A DNA stretch of 64,000 nucleotides from an uncultured Gammaproteobacteria bacterium (GTDB taxonomy: Bacteria; Patescibacteriota; Microgenomatia; UBA10105), in the NCBI GenBank assembly GCA_964412165.1, contig CAYPMW010000002.1, positions 1,324 through 65,323 of the forward strand, given 5' to 3'. The translations under genes were made by a program, and so were the position numbers. Shown here piece after piece: positions 1 to 9,797 of the stretch (position 1 is its first letter; every line of letters begins with the position of its first letter). The notes below the pieces were generated by a model that saw nothing but the letters and a program-made list of their open reading frames with translations, searched no databases and was not told the DNA's origin.

Positions 1-461
1 CTTCGTAGCACCAACCGGACTAACCCGGCTGGTGTCGTAAACGACATAATAGCCGGGACTCCTACCACCATTTGATTGTCAAAGAGCAATTTGCTTAAGC
101 AATTTGCTCTGCAGACTCCGTATCGACGCTCTTCGCGATCCGCCAACTGGCGGACACCGACTCGAAGTAAGTCTGATCGCGGGGTCAAAGTACAGAATAA
201 ATTGCCGCAAATACTATTGATGTTTTCAATAGTTATGAATATTCTAGTCTCTCCGCCTTCTCCGCCAGCTGGCAGATTCGGCGAATGATGCATTTCTAAC
301 TCTCATTTCATTGGGCAAGAACTGCATCAAAAAACCCGCCAAGTCGGCGGGCTGACCCGAGTTTACTGTCGACTTGGACTATTGCATAACTATGCACAAT
401 TGTAGCAAAGGGAAATGGTTGTGTCAATGGACTTGAATTTAATGTTGACGTCTGTGATACT

Positions 462-1043
462 ATGTATCCCGATATGAAACCCGTTGATATGCGAACAGGC
501 GGGGAAACATCTCAAACCTCTTCATTTTTTGAACTGTTCAAAAACATCGCTCTCGGCACCCCAGTGGACAACGGCGTAAGGATCAGGTATTTGACCAATC
601 GGATCGACCCAGGATATCATCTGACAATCGCTTATCTTGAGTATCCAGATTCCCAGGTTTTCGGTCCTCAATCAGGACTGATTCCCTCAGACATGCAGTT
701 CCCCATAATTGCAGTCCAGTTGTGGCATGAAATCAGGCAAAATATAGTAAAAAGCCCTTGGGGAACTGTGCCAGCCACTGCCCGGGGAGCAGATGGGCAT
801 ACATACCAGTTTTATAATATCTACTTCTTAGATAGTTTGGGACATGCTTCACGACTTGAGGTCGTTGAATATACGGCGCACAGTGATGAATTGGATATGC
901 TTAGTTTCGTTCCTGATCCGCTTCAATCCCGCCAGGCTGATTTTGATCATGAGGATACCGCGACGTTCCAATCAATTTTTGACGGTGTGCATGACGGGGA
1001 ATTTTATCTCTGGGATTCCCAACAATTATTTTCGTTGAAATAA
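462..1043 (+). CDS. hypothetical protein (inside GC-richer patch at window start)
   Basis: 193-aa ORF with no motif I recognise; local GC visibly higher (~47-50%) than the rest of the window. Confidence 0.35.
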   Translation: MYPDMKPVDMRTGGETSQTSSFFELFKNIALGTPVDNGVRIRYLTNRIDPGYHLTIAYLEYPDSQVFGPQSGLIPSDMQFPIIAVQLWHEIRQNIVKSPWGTVPATARGADGHTYQFYNIYFLDSLGHASRLEVVEYTAHSDELDMLSFVPDPLQSRQADFDHEDTATFQSIFDGVHDGEFYLWDSQQLFSLK

Positions 1044-1084
1044 TTAAGCTCCTTTTACCCGGTCCCTATTCGGTGTTTATTACA

Positions 1085-1504
1085 TCACCGGGTTTTACGC
1101 TTGATTGGTCTTAGGGTATATATAAATGAACCAAACTGTCCGGCAATAAAATAACCGCATTGGAGATATTTATTCATGATAAATTCAGCTTTGCGCATGT
1201 CAGGAAGAGGTACTACCACAGGCTCTACAAGCAACGGATTATAAATGAGAAAATTATAAAACAGTTGCGTCTCATCAAGACGGGATACTGTATGGTCACT
1301 GCCTGAAAATTCACCCAGTAGCAGGATACAAAGGCCAGGAGGAACCGGCCGCTCAAATTCCGGCTTTCCGGTCCTTGGATTGACTGGAGCTCCCGTCACA
1401 AATCCACCGGCACGCGGATCATTAAGCACACGGTCAAAATTTTCCTCACCGTACCACGTTTGACTGTCAGTGGCGACGGCGTATCGTTGTTCTACCAGGA
1501 TCAT
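1085..1504 (-). CDS. hypothetical protein; weak resemblance to the phage tail-collar (MdpB-like) domain
   Basis: 139-aa ORF; segment PPGLCILLLGEFSG...TQLFYNFL...PLPDMRKAEF loosely follows the tail-collar pattern P.GW..C.GQ.L...ALFSLLG...F.LPDLRGR; in the GC-rich patch. Confidence 0.3.
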   Translation of the reverse strand: MILVEQRYAVATDSQTWYGEENFDRVLNDPRAGGFVTGAPVNPRTGKPEFERPVPPGLCILLLGEFSGSDHTVSRLDETQLFYNFLIYNPLLVEPVVVPLPDMRKAEFIMNKYLQCGYFIAGQFGSFIYTLRPIKRKTR

Positions 1505-1676
1505 TAAACATATGATTATACAAAAATCAAGTACATATCTGAAGCAGGATGTCTACGATAACGAAAACTATTAGGTAATATTACGATTCTGACTTGGTTT
1601 GTTTATGCATTTTCCTTTTAAAAATAAACTTGTACTAACGCTTTACGAAACTTGGATGAGGGGATAAACTTACAGC

Positions 1677-2297
1677 ATGATTGATCGGGTAGACGCAAAT
1701 CAACCTCACGCAGAATCTTCCCACATCCGTATAGTACAGTTGCCACTTGAGAGGATTTCGTTTAAACAACATGGCGAGGGAGCCTGGCGTACGGTTAATG
1801 CGGCAGCGGTAAGTAGTGCGCTTTTCCGTTCTCTGACTGGCCTGGGTGTTAAATTTCCAATTCGTCACAATCAAATCGGGTCGAGTGTGATCTCTCAAAA
1901 CGCAAGGCCTCCGCAAAACATACAGCTGGTGGAAAACACAGCGCCTCTTGTTTGGCTTGAAAGTAACATCACTGAAATCGGACAAGGCGCCACTGACCCA
2001 TATCCTGTACAGCAGGCAAAACGCGAAGCGATCAACAATTACGAGGAACTTCTTACATGGATAAATTATTACCACCGAGGGAAAACTGATATCCGGCCCG
2101 ATCCAACTGCGATACTACCTAATGTTCGACTGATGGTCAGGATTGATATTGCGGAGAGACTGGAATACGATTCCCTAAAATCCCCTGAGGGAGAGGCGAC
2201 ACTTAAGGCACTTGCTCGAAGCCTCTGTAGATATGCCAATATGACCTCTACTCAGATCACCCAACTCCTCTCTGGTTTTCGCTTTACTCTCAGTTGA
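1677..2297 (+). CDS. hypothetical protein
   Basis: 206-aa ORF, longest frame in its region; the overlapping antisense 146-aa ORF is judged a shadow. Confidence 0.35.
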   Translation: MIDRVDANQPHAESSHIRIVQLPLERISFKQHGEGAWRTVNAAAVSSALFRSLTGLGVKFPIRHNQIGSSVISQNARPPQNIQLVENTAPLVWLESNITEIGQGATDPYPVQQAKREAINNYEELLTWINYYHRGKTDIRPDPTAILPNVRLMVRIDIAERLEYDSLKSPEGEATLKALARSLCRYANMTSTQITQLLSGFRFTLS

Positions 2298-2393
2298 TTT
2301 CTGCGGTATATATTTTTTTGATTGAATTCGAGACCTGCATTAAAAAATTTAAAGTTCGTGGATCGGTTTGTATCTAACGATCCAGGAAATTTA

Positions 2394-2942
2394 CTAAGCA
2401 ATTTGTTTGGTGATTTCATAAAGAACGATCCCGCAGGAGACCATCACGTTAAGCGATTTATTTACCCCAAACATCGGCAGCTCAACGATCAAATCGGCGA
2501 TATCTAGTACTTCTTTTGATACTCCGTGCGTCTCGTTACCCACGACTAAAGCGAGCGGCAATTCGTATTTTGCTTGATCAAACCTTTCGCTTTTCTCGCT
2601 TTGCTCAACAACAATAATCTTGATCTCTGAATGCTGGTTCTTAAGCTTGATAATCGCTTCAATCGCAGTCAGAGCATATTCCCACTCTACCCACTTCCAC
2701 GTTGACACCGAAGCTTTCTTAATTCTTGTATGCGGTGGGGTTAGTGATTCTCCACAAATATAAATTTTTTGAGCAGCCACCGCATCTGCGAGTCGGAAAA
2801 TAGATCCGACATTATACGTATCCAGAACGTTATCAAGAATGATATAAATTGATCGTTTCTTGATAGCTTTAATTTGTTCCGGAGTCGGATCAGTTGTCCG
2901 AAGTTCCTGCGCGTTGAGCTTAAGCATATAAATATTATACAT
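2394..2942 (-). CDS. SpoU/TrmH-family (SPOUT) RNA 2'-O-methyltransferase
   Basis: IILDNVLDTYNVGSIFRLADAVAA and LVVGNETHGVSKEVL...SLNVMVSCGIVLYE are the characteristic SPOUT motifs; size 182 aa. Confidence 0.8.
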   Translation of the reverse strand: MYNIYMLKLNAQELRTTDPTPEQIKAIKKRSIYIILDNVLDTYNVGSIFRLADAVAAQKIYICGESLTPPHTRIKKASVSTWKWVEWEYALTAIEAIIKLKNQHSEIKIIVVEQSEKSERFDQAKYELPLALVVGNETHGVSKEVLDIADLIVELPMFGVNKSLNVMVSCGIVLYEITKQIA

Positions 2943-2977
2943 GAAGCCTCACGCTGCCAGTATGATACTATATCAAT

Positions 2978-3844
2978 ATGCACATCGTCTCAACATTTTT
3001 TCGAGTATTTTTCAAAAGTTTAACTTCACTGTCGTATTACCGCGATGTAGTGAAAGCACCGTTTACGTTTTCGCTTAAATATTTCCTCTTTTTTTCACTA
3101 CTTTTAGGCAGTCTCGCAACTTTCGGAGTTTCAAGTCTAGTCCTTCCCCACGTTACAGTCTTTGTAGACCGATTTGAGAAACGAGCCAACGACCTCTATC
3201 CAGAAGATTTAGTGATCACTATCAAAAACGGCATACTAACTACTAACGCCAATGATCCCATTCGTTTCCCCATCCCATTTGAATTGTTTCTGGAAATCCC
3301 ACCGGCAATCCCCGACAGCAAACAACTCTATCTCGTCACCCTTGATCCATCGTTTGTAAATTCTGAAACCAAAGTAAAGAACTCTCTATTTTATTTCACC
3401 CAAAACTACTTATATATATCTGACGGAGAAAATTCCACTCAGTACTCCTTAAGTGACTTTGGCGACGTTAAGATCACTAAAAGTGGGGTCAACAGATTTA
3501 TCCAAACCATCATCCCCTTATTAAAAATGGTACCAGCACTTCTCGTGGTAGTATTCATGCTACTTTTTTTTATCATTTGGCCTATTTTGAGACTTATAAG
3601 CCTGCTATTTCATACTACACTCCTTTTACTAGTTGCAAATCTTATTGGTATATCTCTCCCATTTGTCAAAATGTATCAGATTGGGCTGCATTCAATGACG
3701 TTTTCGACCATACTCAGGACCGTCCTGATGGCATTTTCAATTAGTCCGGCGGTTCCGCTTTTCGATTCGGTGATATTTCTTTTGTTTAATCTGGCGGTAC
3801 TTGCCGAGCTAAAACATCCACAACGCCATAAGTCCCAAAGCTAA
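2978..3844 (+). CDS. integral membrane protein, unknown function
   Basis: 288 aa with several hydrophobic helices at both ends and a central soluble segment. Confidence 0.5.
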   Translation: MHIVSTFFRVFFKSLTSLSYYRDVVKAPFTFSLKYFLFFSLLLGSLATFGVSSLVLPHVTVFVDRFEKRANDLYPEDLVITIKNGILTTNANDPIRFPIPFELFLEIPPAIPDSKQLYLVTLDPSFVNSETKVKNSLFYFTQNYLYISDGENSTQYSLSDFGDVKITKSGVNRFIQTIIPLLKMVPALLVVVFMLLFFIIWPILRLISLLFHTTLLLLVANLIGISLPFVKMYQIGLHSMTFSTILRTVLMAFSISPAVPLFDSVIFLLFNLAVLAELKHPQRHKSQS

Positions 3845-3881
3845 CATCCGTCCTTTAGGCGCCGCTGATATAATAACAGTA

Positions 3882-4646
3882 ATGTTTAAAAAATTGCTTT
3901 TGATGATCCTCGGGGTATTCGCAATCGGAATTGGGATTATTACGTATTTTGACTTGAGCGAAAAAAACGAGACTAAAGTGCCATTTGTCGTATCGCCGTC
4001 TCCCATACCATCAGCAGATGGATCTCAAATGGTAGTAGTAAACCAAAAATCATATTCGGTATTTGTACAAGCTGTGGGCGACCCTTCCCAACTCATACTC
4101 ATCCCAAATTTTAAGGATAAAATTCTTTCCCGTGAAATTATTGAAAATAATGGTTGTCTGTACGGGATAAATGGCGGTTTCTACACAACCAAAAATACCC
4201 CTCTGGGACTCTTTTATACAAAAGGGGTGTATTATGAAAAAAAGCTACATCGGTCAACGCTAACAAACGGATATGTGTTTTTCAAAGACAGAACGCTCCA
4301 CATATCAACCTCTCCTCCTGCCTCCGAATCAACTGATTTTGTTTTCCAAACCGGACCCTTTTTTACTCCGTCTACCCAACTCTCTATTGTTAATGATGAA
4401 CCTTCACGCCGGATGCTAGTGGGAATTGACTCCCGAGAAAACGGGTATTTTATAGCCGTAGTGAGTCGGGAAAATGTCCATTCGGGCCCTCTGCTTGCTG
4501 ATCTGCCACAAATCGCAGGTAAACTTAATCCCACTTTTACACAACTGGTCAATCTAGATGGCGGATCGGCATCAGCATATTATATAAAATATAAAGTTCA
4601 ATACTCCGAACTCACTCCGATTGGCAGCTTCCTGTGCGGAAAATAG
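3882..4646 (+). CDS. phosphodiester glycosidase family protein (NAGPA/DUF2233-like), membrane anchored
   Basis: N-terminal TM; YGINGGFY...LVGIDSRENGYFIAVV...NLDGGSASAYY resemble DUF2233 conserved blocks. Confidence 0.5.
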   Translation: MFKKLLLMILGVFAIGIGIITYFDLSEKNETKVPFVVSPSPIPSADGSQMVVVNQKSYSVFVQAVGDPSQLILIPNFKDKILSREIIENNGCLYGINGGFYTTKNTPLGLFYTKGVYYEKKLHRSTLTNGYVFFKDRTLHISTSPPASESTDFVFQTGPFFTPSTQLSIVNDEPSRRMLVGIDSRENGYFIAVVSRENVHSGPLLADLPQIAGKLNPTFTQLVNLDGGSASAYYIKYKVQYSELTPIGSFLCGK

Positions 4647-4701
4647 ACTCGATTGATTCTAAATCTTGACAGTATGATGTTTATTTTGCTACGGTAGTGA
4701 T

Positions 4702-5028
4702 ATGGAAGAAAATATCACTCAAACTGTAACCATGACTTCACCACATACCAAAAGTAATTGGCCGCGTACTCTGCTCCTTATCCTGTTGTTAGCTACACTT
4801 CTGGGTGCTGGAGCACTCACGTTTGTGGTGGTCAGTAATAAACAATACCTTAATACTCCAGTCAATGATGTACCCGTGGCGTCTCCTGAATCAGGCACAA
4901 CTACCAATCCGTTTGAAGATACTGCTCAGGTAAACCCATTCGATAGCGAACCTAATGACGAAAACCCGTTCGACCAATTCGCATCGGAAGAAGAAACCGA
5001 TACTGGTGTGTATCAAAATCCGTTTTAA
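4702..5028 (+). CDS. membrane-anchored protein with four NPF motifs in an acidic tail
   Basis: TM helix LLLILLLATLLGAGALTFVVV, then TNPFED, VNPFDS, ENPFDQ, QNPF; stop 4 nt before the next gene start. Confidence 0.5.
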   Translation: MEENITQTVTMTSPHTKSNWPRTLLLILLLATLLGAGALTFVVVSNKQYLNTPVNDVPVASPESGTTTNPFEDTAQVNPFDSEPNDENPFDQFASEEETDTGVYQNPF

Positions 5029-5031
5029 TAT

Positions 5032-5913
5032 ATGAAGCGAGTCTTACGAACTATACTAGTTGGCGGAGTGCTCTTGGTACTGCTTTTGGTGGTAAAAAAT
5101 TCAAATGCCTTTGAATACCCGATAAAAGAACTGGGTGGGTGCCGTGACCAAAGAGAGTGCCGGCTTTTTTGTGAAATTCCCAACCATAAAGCTGCCTGCT
5201 GGTCATGGGGCGTTTATAGCATGAAGCGAGCCGTACTCGGTGAATCCACACCTGAAGAAAAACTTGCTCCACTCGACGTTACATTCCCCATCGCTGAGCT
5301 CGGCAATTGTGAAAATTTAGCCGATTGCCGCGAGTTTTGCGCGTCTCCCTCCAATAAATATTCTTGTCGAGTTTACGGGCAAACACACGGTCTAACCAAT
5401 AAACAAAAAATCATTGATCGGGCAGAGGAAGAACTCGGATGTACCACACAAGCAGAATGTCGCGCTTACTGCGAAATCGAAACCAATAAGGACACCTGCC
5501 GCGAATTTGCTAAAAAATACCATCTGCGCCGGGTATCCAAAGCGCGGATTATAGAGTATGCGAAAACCGATTTAGGTTGCGATACGTATGAATCATGCCG
5601 AATTTACTGTGCTGACAGTGTTCACCGTGAAGAATGTCGAGATTTTGCCCAAAAAATCGGCAGAAGCGCGAGAAGAATAATCAAAACAAAAGGTGACTGT
5701 AAGACTGTAGATGAATGTAGGGATTTCTGCGAAGAACTTCCAAATGAGTGTCCAAATTTTCCAAAAACAGGTAGATTTGATCAAAAACGTATCGATGATA
5801 GCTTAGATGATGGAGAAGATGAAACAAATGAGACAGATGAAACAAACCAGTCCCAAGATGATACTGTCAACGATGATGGTGATGAAGCTGGAGACTCCGA
5901 CCTTGATCAATAG
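5032..5913 (+). CDS. secreted cysteine-rich repeat protein (five C-x5-6-C-R-x-F/Y-C-x7-9-C modules) with an acidic C-terminal tail
   Basis: Signal-peptide-like N-terminus; repeats ELGGCRDQRECRLFCEIPNHKAAC, ELGNCENLADCREFCASPSNKYSC, ELGCTTQAECRAYCEIETNKDTC, DLGCDTYESCRIYCADSVHREEC, KGDCKTVDECRDFCEELPNEC; tail DDGEDETNETDETNQSQDD... Confidence 0.6.
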   Translation: MKRVLRTILVGGVLLVLLLVVKNSNAFEYPIKELGGCRDQRECRLFCEIPNHKAACWSWGVYSMKRAVLGESTPEEKLAPLDVTFPIAELGNCENLADCREFCASPSNKYSCRVYGQTHGLTNKQKIIDRAEEELGCTTQAECRAYCEIETNKDTCREFAKKYHLRRVSKARIIEYAKTDLGCDTYESCRIYCADSVHREECRDFAQKIGRSARRIIKTKGDCKTVDECRDFCEELPNECPNFPKTGRFDQKRIDDSLDDGEDETNETDETNQSQDDTVNDDGDEAGDSDLDQ

Positions 5914-5980
5914 TGACCATTTCGCATCTCTTCCCCTCTCTACCACCCTATAATATTTAAATAAGGAAACGAATACGGTC

Positions 5981-6616
5981 TTAACTCTGACTCACTGCAT
6001 GGGGAGGGGATATCAAGTCAATTATCTTCCATGATACATATCCTACCAACCATCCCAAAACTGCGCCTGCGACTACATCAAGTGGGTAATGTTTACCTAA
6101 AAAAATGCGGGAGAAAGCAGTGAGAACAGCAAACCCGATAAAAATGATGCGGGCAATTCTATTGCGTTGCCGGGAATGCCTTTTTCCATGTTTTCCATAA
6201 GTTTCTTCCCGCGTCACGATGTAAGCTCCGGCAAAGGCAATTGCCGCGTGTCCTGAGGGAAACGCAAAATCATTGTTCCAAGGAACAGCCGCAGGTTTTT
6301 CTTTAACTACAATAACCTGGTTTCCTATCCGCAAATCTGGACGAGGTCGCCTCACGATAGGTTTGATAAAACCCGATGCCAGCCATCCAGCAATAAGAAG
6401 TGCCAGGATAAGTCTGACTATAAATATTTTTTCTCTGCGCTCCTCAAGTATGGTCACTGTGACACCAATTACTGTCCAGATAATGAGCGGATAAAACGAG
6501 AAAAACAGAAATATCTGGTCAATACCTTCCGAATGAGGTAGAGAGTTAATCGCTAAAAATAAAGCCCGATCAAAAGTAGTAAAAAGTCCGATAAGATCCA
6601 TATAACTATAATACAC
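5981..6616 (-). CDS. PAP2-family phosphatase (undecaprenyl-diphosphate/lipid phosphatase-like)
   Basis: KPIVRRPRP, PSGHAA and SRIFLGKHYPLDV match the three PAP2 motifs; multi-TM. Confidence 0.8.
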   Translation of the reverse strand: MYYSYMDLIGLFTTFDRALFLAINSLPHSEGIDQIFLFFSFYPLIIWTVIGVTVTILEERREKIFIVRLILALLIAGWLASGFIKPIVRRPRPDLRIGNQVIVVKEKPAAVPWNNDFAFPSGHAAIAFAGAYIVTREETYGKHGKRHSRQRNRIARIIFIGFAVLTAFSRIFLGKHYPLDVVAGAVLGWLVGYVSWKIIDLISPPHAVSQS

Positions 6617-6642
6617 AAAAAAAGATCACGTGAACATCAAAT

Positions 6643-6975
6643 TCAGGTTGAAGGAGTAATAGATGGAGATGGAGAGACTTTAGCACGAGGTGAAGGTGAA
6701 ACAAGAGAAGATGGAGAAGGTGTTTCAGCCTCCGCTGTTGACTCCGGCTCCTCAGACGCATTTGGAGTCGGTTCCAAATCCGTCCCAGGTGAAGCAAAAA
6801 TAATTCGCACATTACCTTTGTCATCCGGTAAAGGAGAAATCAACCCTTGACTCCTACCTATAAACAAAAAAATTCCCATCGCAACTATCAAAACAAGTAT
6901 CACTCCAAGCAAAATAAATAATCTTATGGGTGTTGGATCTCTACCGGTTATTTCCATGACCATTGAATTATACAC
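6643..6975 (-). CDS. membrane-anchored Pro/Ser/Thr-rich protein
   Basis: One TM (LFILLGVILVLIVAMGIFLFI) followed by a PS-rich low-complexity tail; true start may be an internal Met. Confidence 0.4.
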   Translation of the reverse strand: MYNSMVMEITGRDPTPIRLFILLGVILVLIVAMGIFLFIGRSQGLISPLPDDKGNVRIIFASPGTDLEPTPNASEEPESTAEAETPSPSSLVSPSPRAKVSPSPSITPST

Positions 6976-7059
6976 TATATGATAAAATTTTCATTTTTAT
7001 GTAAGAAATATGTATTCCTTACTATAGAGAGTGCCATCAAACGTGGAAGCTAAGGTAGA

Positions 7060-7908
7060 TTACAGATGGATTAAGATCCTCACTACTTCAAATATGCCGT
7101 AAAATGCCAGACCAATGAAGGCAAACGTTCCTAGGAAACTGACCCATTCATTTTTCACGGCGGAAATAGTCTTTCCAGGAGATAAAAATAACCCGATGTT
7201 AAGTATAGTATGTGCGGCAAATACGCCAATTGAAAAACCAAATACGTTTATTATTGAAAAAAGAGGCACATAACCTGCGAAATCATCAAGTCCTAGGATA
7301 AACGGAACAGAAAAAGAAAACGTAAATAAGGCCATCCATGAAAGGCCCTCTCTACCTTTTAGTTTTTCTCCCAAGTCGGGCATAATTCTAGATAATACAG
7401 GATCTATAATTTTTTTAACCAGATCAAGAAATTTATGAAGCCCTAAGAAAATAGATCGCTTCACCGGGTGTGCTCCTTCCCATGAAGCAAAGTGTTCAAG
7501 ACCACCATGTGCCAACTCAAATAAAACCAGTGATGCCAAAAACACCATAGCTGCAAGAAGGAGTTCTACTTCTTTAAATACCACCCAGATGGCAATCACT
7601 ACCAGCGTACCTAAAGCATTCCCGAGTGCTGTACCAATTTCAATCGCAATCCTACTTCTCCATCCTGGATTAGTGGCCATCATCCTACCCATAAAAATGG
7701 CAAAATCAATCGCGGTTTTAAGGTAAATGGTGAATCCGACGAAAATATCAACGGGTCTTGCCACCAAAACAATCCTTTCCCCCACGGGAAGAAGGTCGAT
7801 GATATATATGAAAAGGTATAGTAGCAAAATTAGTCCGACTAAGATCACCACTGTCAGGAATAGAGGCACTATCTGCTGTAATGATTTTGACCGGTCAATG
7901 AAATTCAT
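7060..7908 (-). CDS. multi-pass integral membrane protein (TerC/DUF475-like, weak)
   Basis: 282 aa, ~8 predicted TM helices, internal LGLDDFAGY motif. Confidence 0.35.
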   Translation of the reverse strand: MNFIDRSKSLQQIVPLFLTVVILVGLILLLYLFIYIIDLLPVGERIVLVARPVDIFVGFTIYLKTAIDFAIFMGRMMATNPGWRSRIAIEIGTALGNALGTLVVIAIWVVFKEVELLLAAMVFLASLVLFELAHGGLEHFASWEGAHPVKRSIFLGLHKFLDLVKKIIDPVLSRIMPDLGEKLKGREGLSWMALFTFSFSVPFILGLDDFAGYVPLFSIINVFGFSIGVFAAHTILNIGLFLSPGKTISAVKNEWVSFLGTFAFIGLAFYGIFEVVRILIHL

Positions 7909-7962
7909 AGATTGCTTCCATTTAATGTTATAACTATGTATTATAGATAAGATAGTCAGATT

Positions 7963-9309
7963 ATGCTAACTCCTCCCCATACCAATGGCGACAATAAAAC
8001 TCAAACAAGCAGGTCCGCTCCATCTTCCGAATCACATATATCCTACGTCACGACTCAAACAAGAACATCCTTATTCAAGCAAGAAAGAACCAGAAAAGTG
8101 ATGTTTGTCGCGACTTGGGTAATTTTCATTTTCATAGTTCTCCTTTTTATGCCCATCCCCTACTACAATTCTAAAAACCCTCAGTGTCAAGTCGCTACAA
8201 ATTGTCTCTATAAGGGTTGGGGTATTGGCCCGTCCATATTGCAGATGTTCTTTCCAGCCTCCATCTCCCAACAACTCCAGTCACCGCCGATTAAGGCAGC
8301 AGCTACTCCTGATCTTACAGCTAATTGGAAAATGTACGAAAATGCTCAGTATAATTTCAGATTTAAATATCCACTAGAGATCCGAAAAATCAGTTCACCG
8401 ACAAAATCTAACCTCATTCTTCTACGAAATGAAATAATTGAGGACCCTATCTTCGATTTATGCGGTATTAAAAATGCCATTGTTACTGTCGAAATGACTC
8501 CACAATTTGATGCTCCGAACACCACAAAGTGGCCACCAATTAAACTGAGCGTTGCTCAAGATGCATTAGAACCAAATGTCAGCATTAACGAGTGGTTACT
8601 GACGAATTGCCAAGGTGAGTGGGTATTTTATGCAAGTCCACAAAAGACTGTCGTTGTCGATGGGTACGAGGCACTTTTATTAAGTGGTGGAAGTAAAACA
8701 ACTCCGCATTATGGCTTTACGCAATTGGCTCTCGTGAAAAAAGAAGATTATATTTTTTTGGTACAGTCGCAAGACAATCTCCAACCACAATGTGTCTTGG
8801 GAGAAGAATGTCCTGACTACCAAACAAACCAGCTGTTTAACCAAATCCTTTCTACGTTTGAATTCATTGATAACAAAACAATTGCAGGTAAAAAGGTCGA
8901 AAACCAAATTCCTCAAGATGCATATTGTCAAAGTGATGCTGATTGCGGGGTAAATATCTGCGATTGCAAGGCGCAAAATAGTAACTACATCAAAGACGAA
9001 GATAAAATTTGCATGAGAGTTTGTTCAGGAACTCCGGTGTGTTTTAAAAATCGATGTATCTTCAAGGGTAATGAAGATAAATACTATCTAGAGATTGACA
9101 ATGTTCCCGAAATTTCCTGGAATGAAGCCATGGTTCTCATCAACGGCTGCCAAGTGGTGAGTGTAACTCAGTCCCATGCACTCGGAGTTATGCTGACATT
9201 ACGTGATCGAACCATGAAGTATGCTCTTGAACCTGAAATAGATGATGTACTACATGCTGCAAGAGCAGTAAATGATACGTGCGGACCGATCCAAATGGCA
9301 ACTGAATAG
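7963..9309 (+). CDS. hypothetical membrane-anchored protein with a Cys-rich C-terminal domain
   Basis: TM near residues 45-65; C-terminal cluster CQSDADCGVNICDCKAQ...CMRVCSGTPVCFKNRC; start may be the internal Met at ~8098. Confidence 0.45.
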   Translation: MLTPPHTNGDNKTQTSRSAPSSESHISYVTTQTRTSLFKQERTRKVMFVATWVIFIFIVLLFMPIPYYNSKNPQCQVATNCLYKGWGIGPSILQMFFPASISQQLQSPPIKAAATPDLTANWKMYENAQYNFRFKYPLEIRKISSPTKSNLILLRNEIIEDPIFDLCGIKNAIVTVEMTPQFDAPNTTKWPPIKLSVAQDALEPNVSINEWLLTNCQGEWVFYASPQKTVVVDGYEALLLSGGSKTTPHYGFTQLALVKKEDYIFLVQSQDNLQPQCVLGEECPDYQTNQLFNQILSTFEFIDNKTIAGKKVENQIPQDAYCQSDADCGVNICDCKAQNSNYIKDEDKICMRVCSGTPVCFKNRCIFKGNEDKYYLEIDNVPEISWNEAMVLINGCQVVSVTQSHALGVMLTLRDRTMKYALEPEIDDVLHAARAVNDTCGPIQMATE

Positions 9310-9413
9310 GATACCGCATATTAACGGTCCGGGATCGTTAAAGACCCAAAATCAGATCAATAAAGGATAGTAATTGATCTCACAGATATTTTCTTAGTAG
9401 TATATATTTATAC

Positions 9414-9785
9414 ATGAAAAAAATCCTTATAGCCTTTTTATTAGTGATGTGTATGACTGTACTTTTGATGTCACTCTTTATTTTTTTTAGCACTATTCCT
9501 ACCATAACAAAATTAGGTAGATGTTTTGATGAAAGGGAGGCGCGTGGTATATACCAGGATTTTAAAATTGCGAAAAATCAGGAAGAACGGTGTAAAATCT
9601 CCTTTTATGATTATCCTCTATTTGTCACATGTGAAAATAAGGTGGAAAATAATCAAAATTTTCCTAACGAGGTTATGTTAACAAAGAAAATTATGAGTAT
9701 AGTCCGTCCAGAATATCGAAATAAAAACATCAAGGATTCGCATAACAAGATTTGTAATAATTATCCTCAGTATATAATTCAATAG
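9414..9785 (+). CDS. small secreted/membrane ORFan, very AT-rich
   Basis: 123 aa with an N-terminal hydrophobic signal; codon usage markedly AT-rich versus neighbours. Confidence 0.4.
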   Translation: MKKILIAFLLVMCMTVLLMSLFIFFSTIPTITKLGRCFDEREARGIYQDFKIAKNQEERCKISFYDYPLFVTCENKVENNQNFPNEVMLTKKIMSIVRPEYRNKNIKDSHNKICNNYPQYIIQ

Positions 9786-9797
9786 GTATTCTTTACC

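Noticed and set aside
1635-2075. 146-aa minus-strand ORF overlapping the 206-aa plus-strand ORF
   Set aside because: Shorter, entirely antisense to a longer ORF, and Arg/Cys-rich as expected for a shadow frame in GC-rich DNA.
9310-9360. Hairpin TTAACG-N9-CGTTAA after the 7963-9309 gene as an intrinsic terminator
   Set aside because: Short AT-rich stem with no following T-tract; too weak to call.
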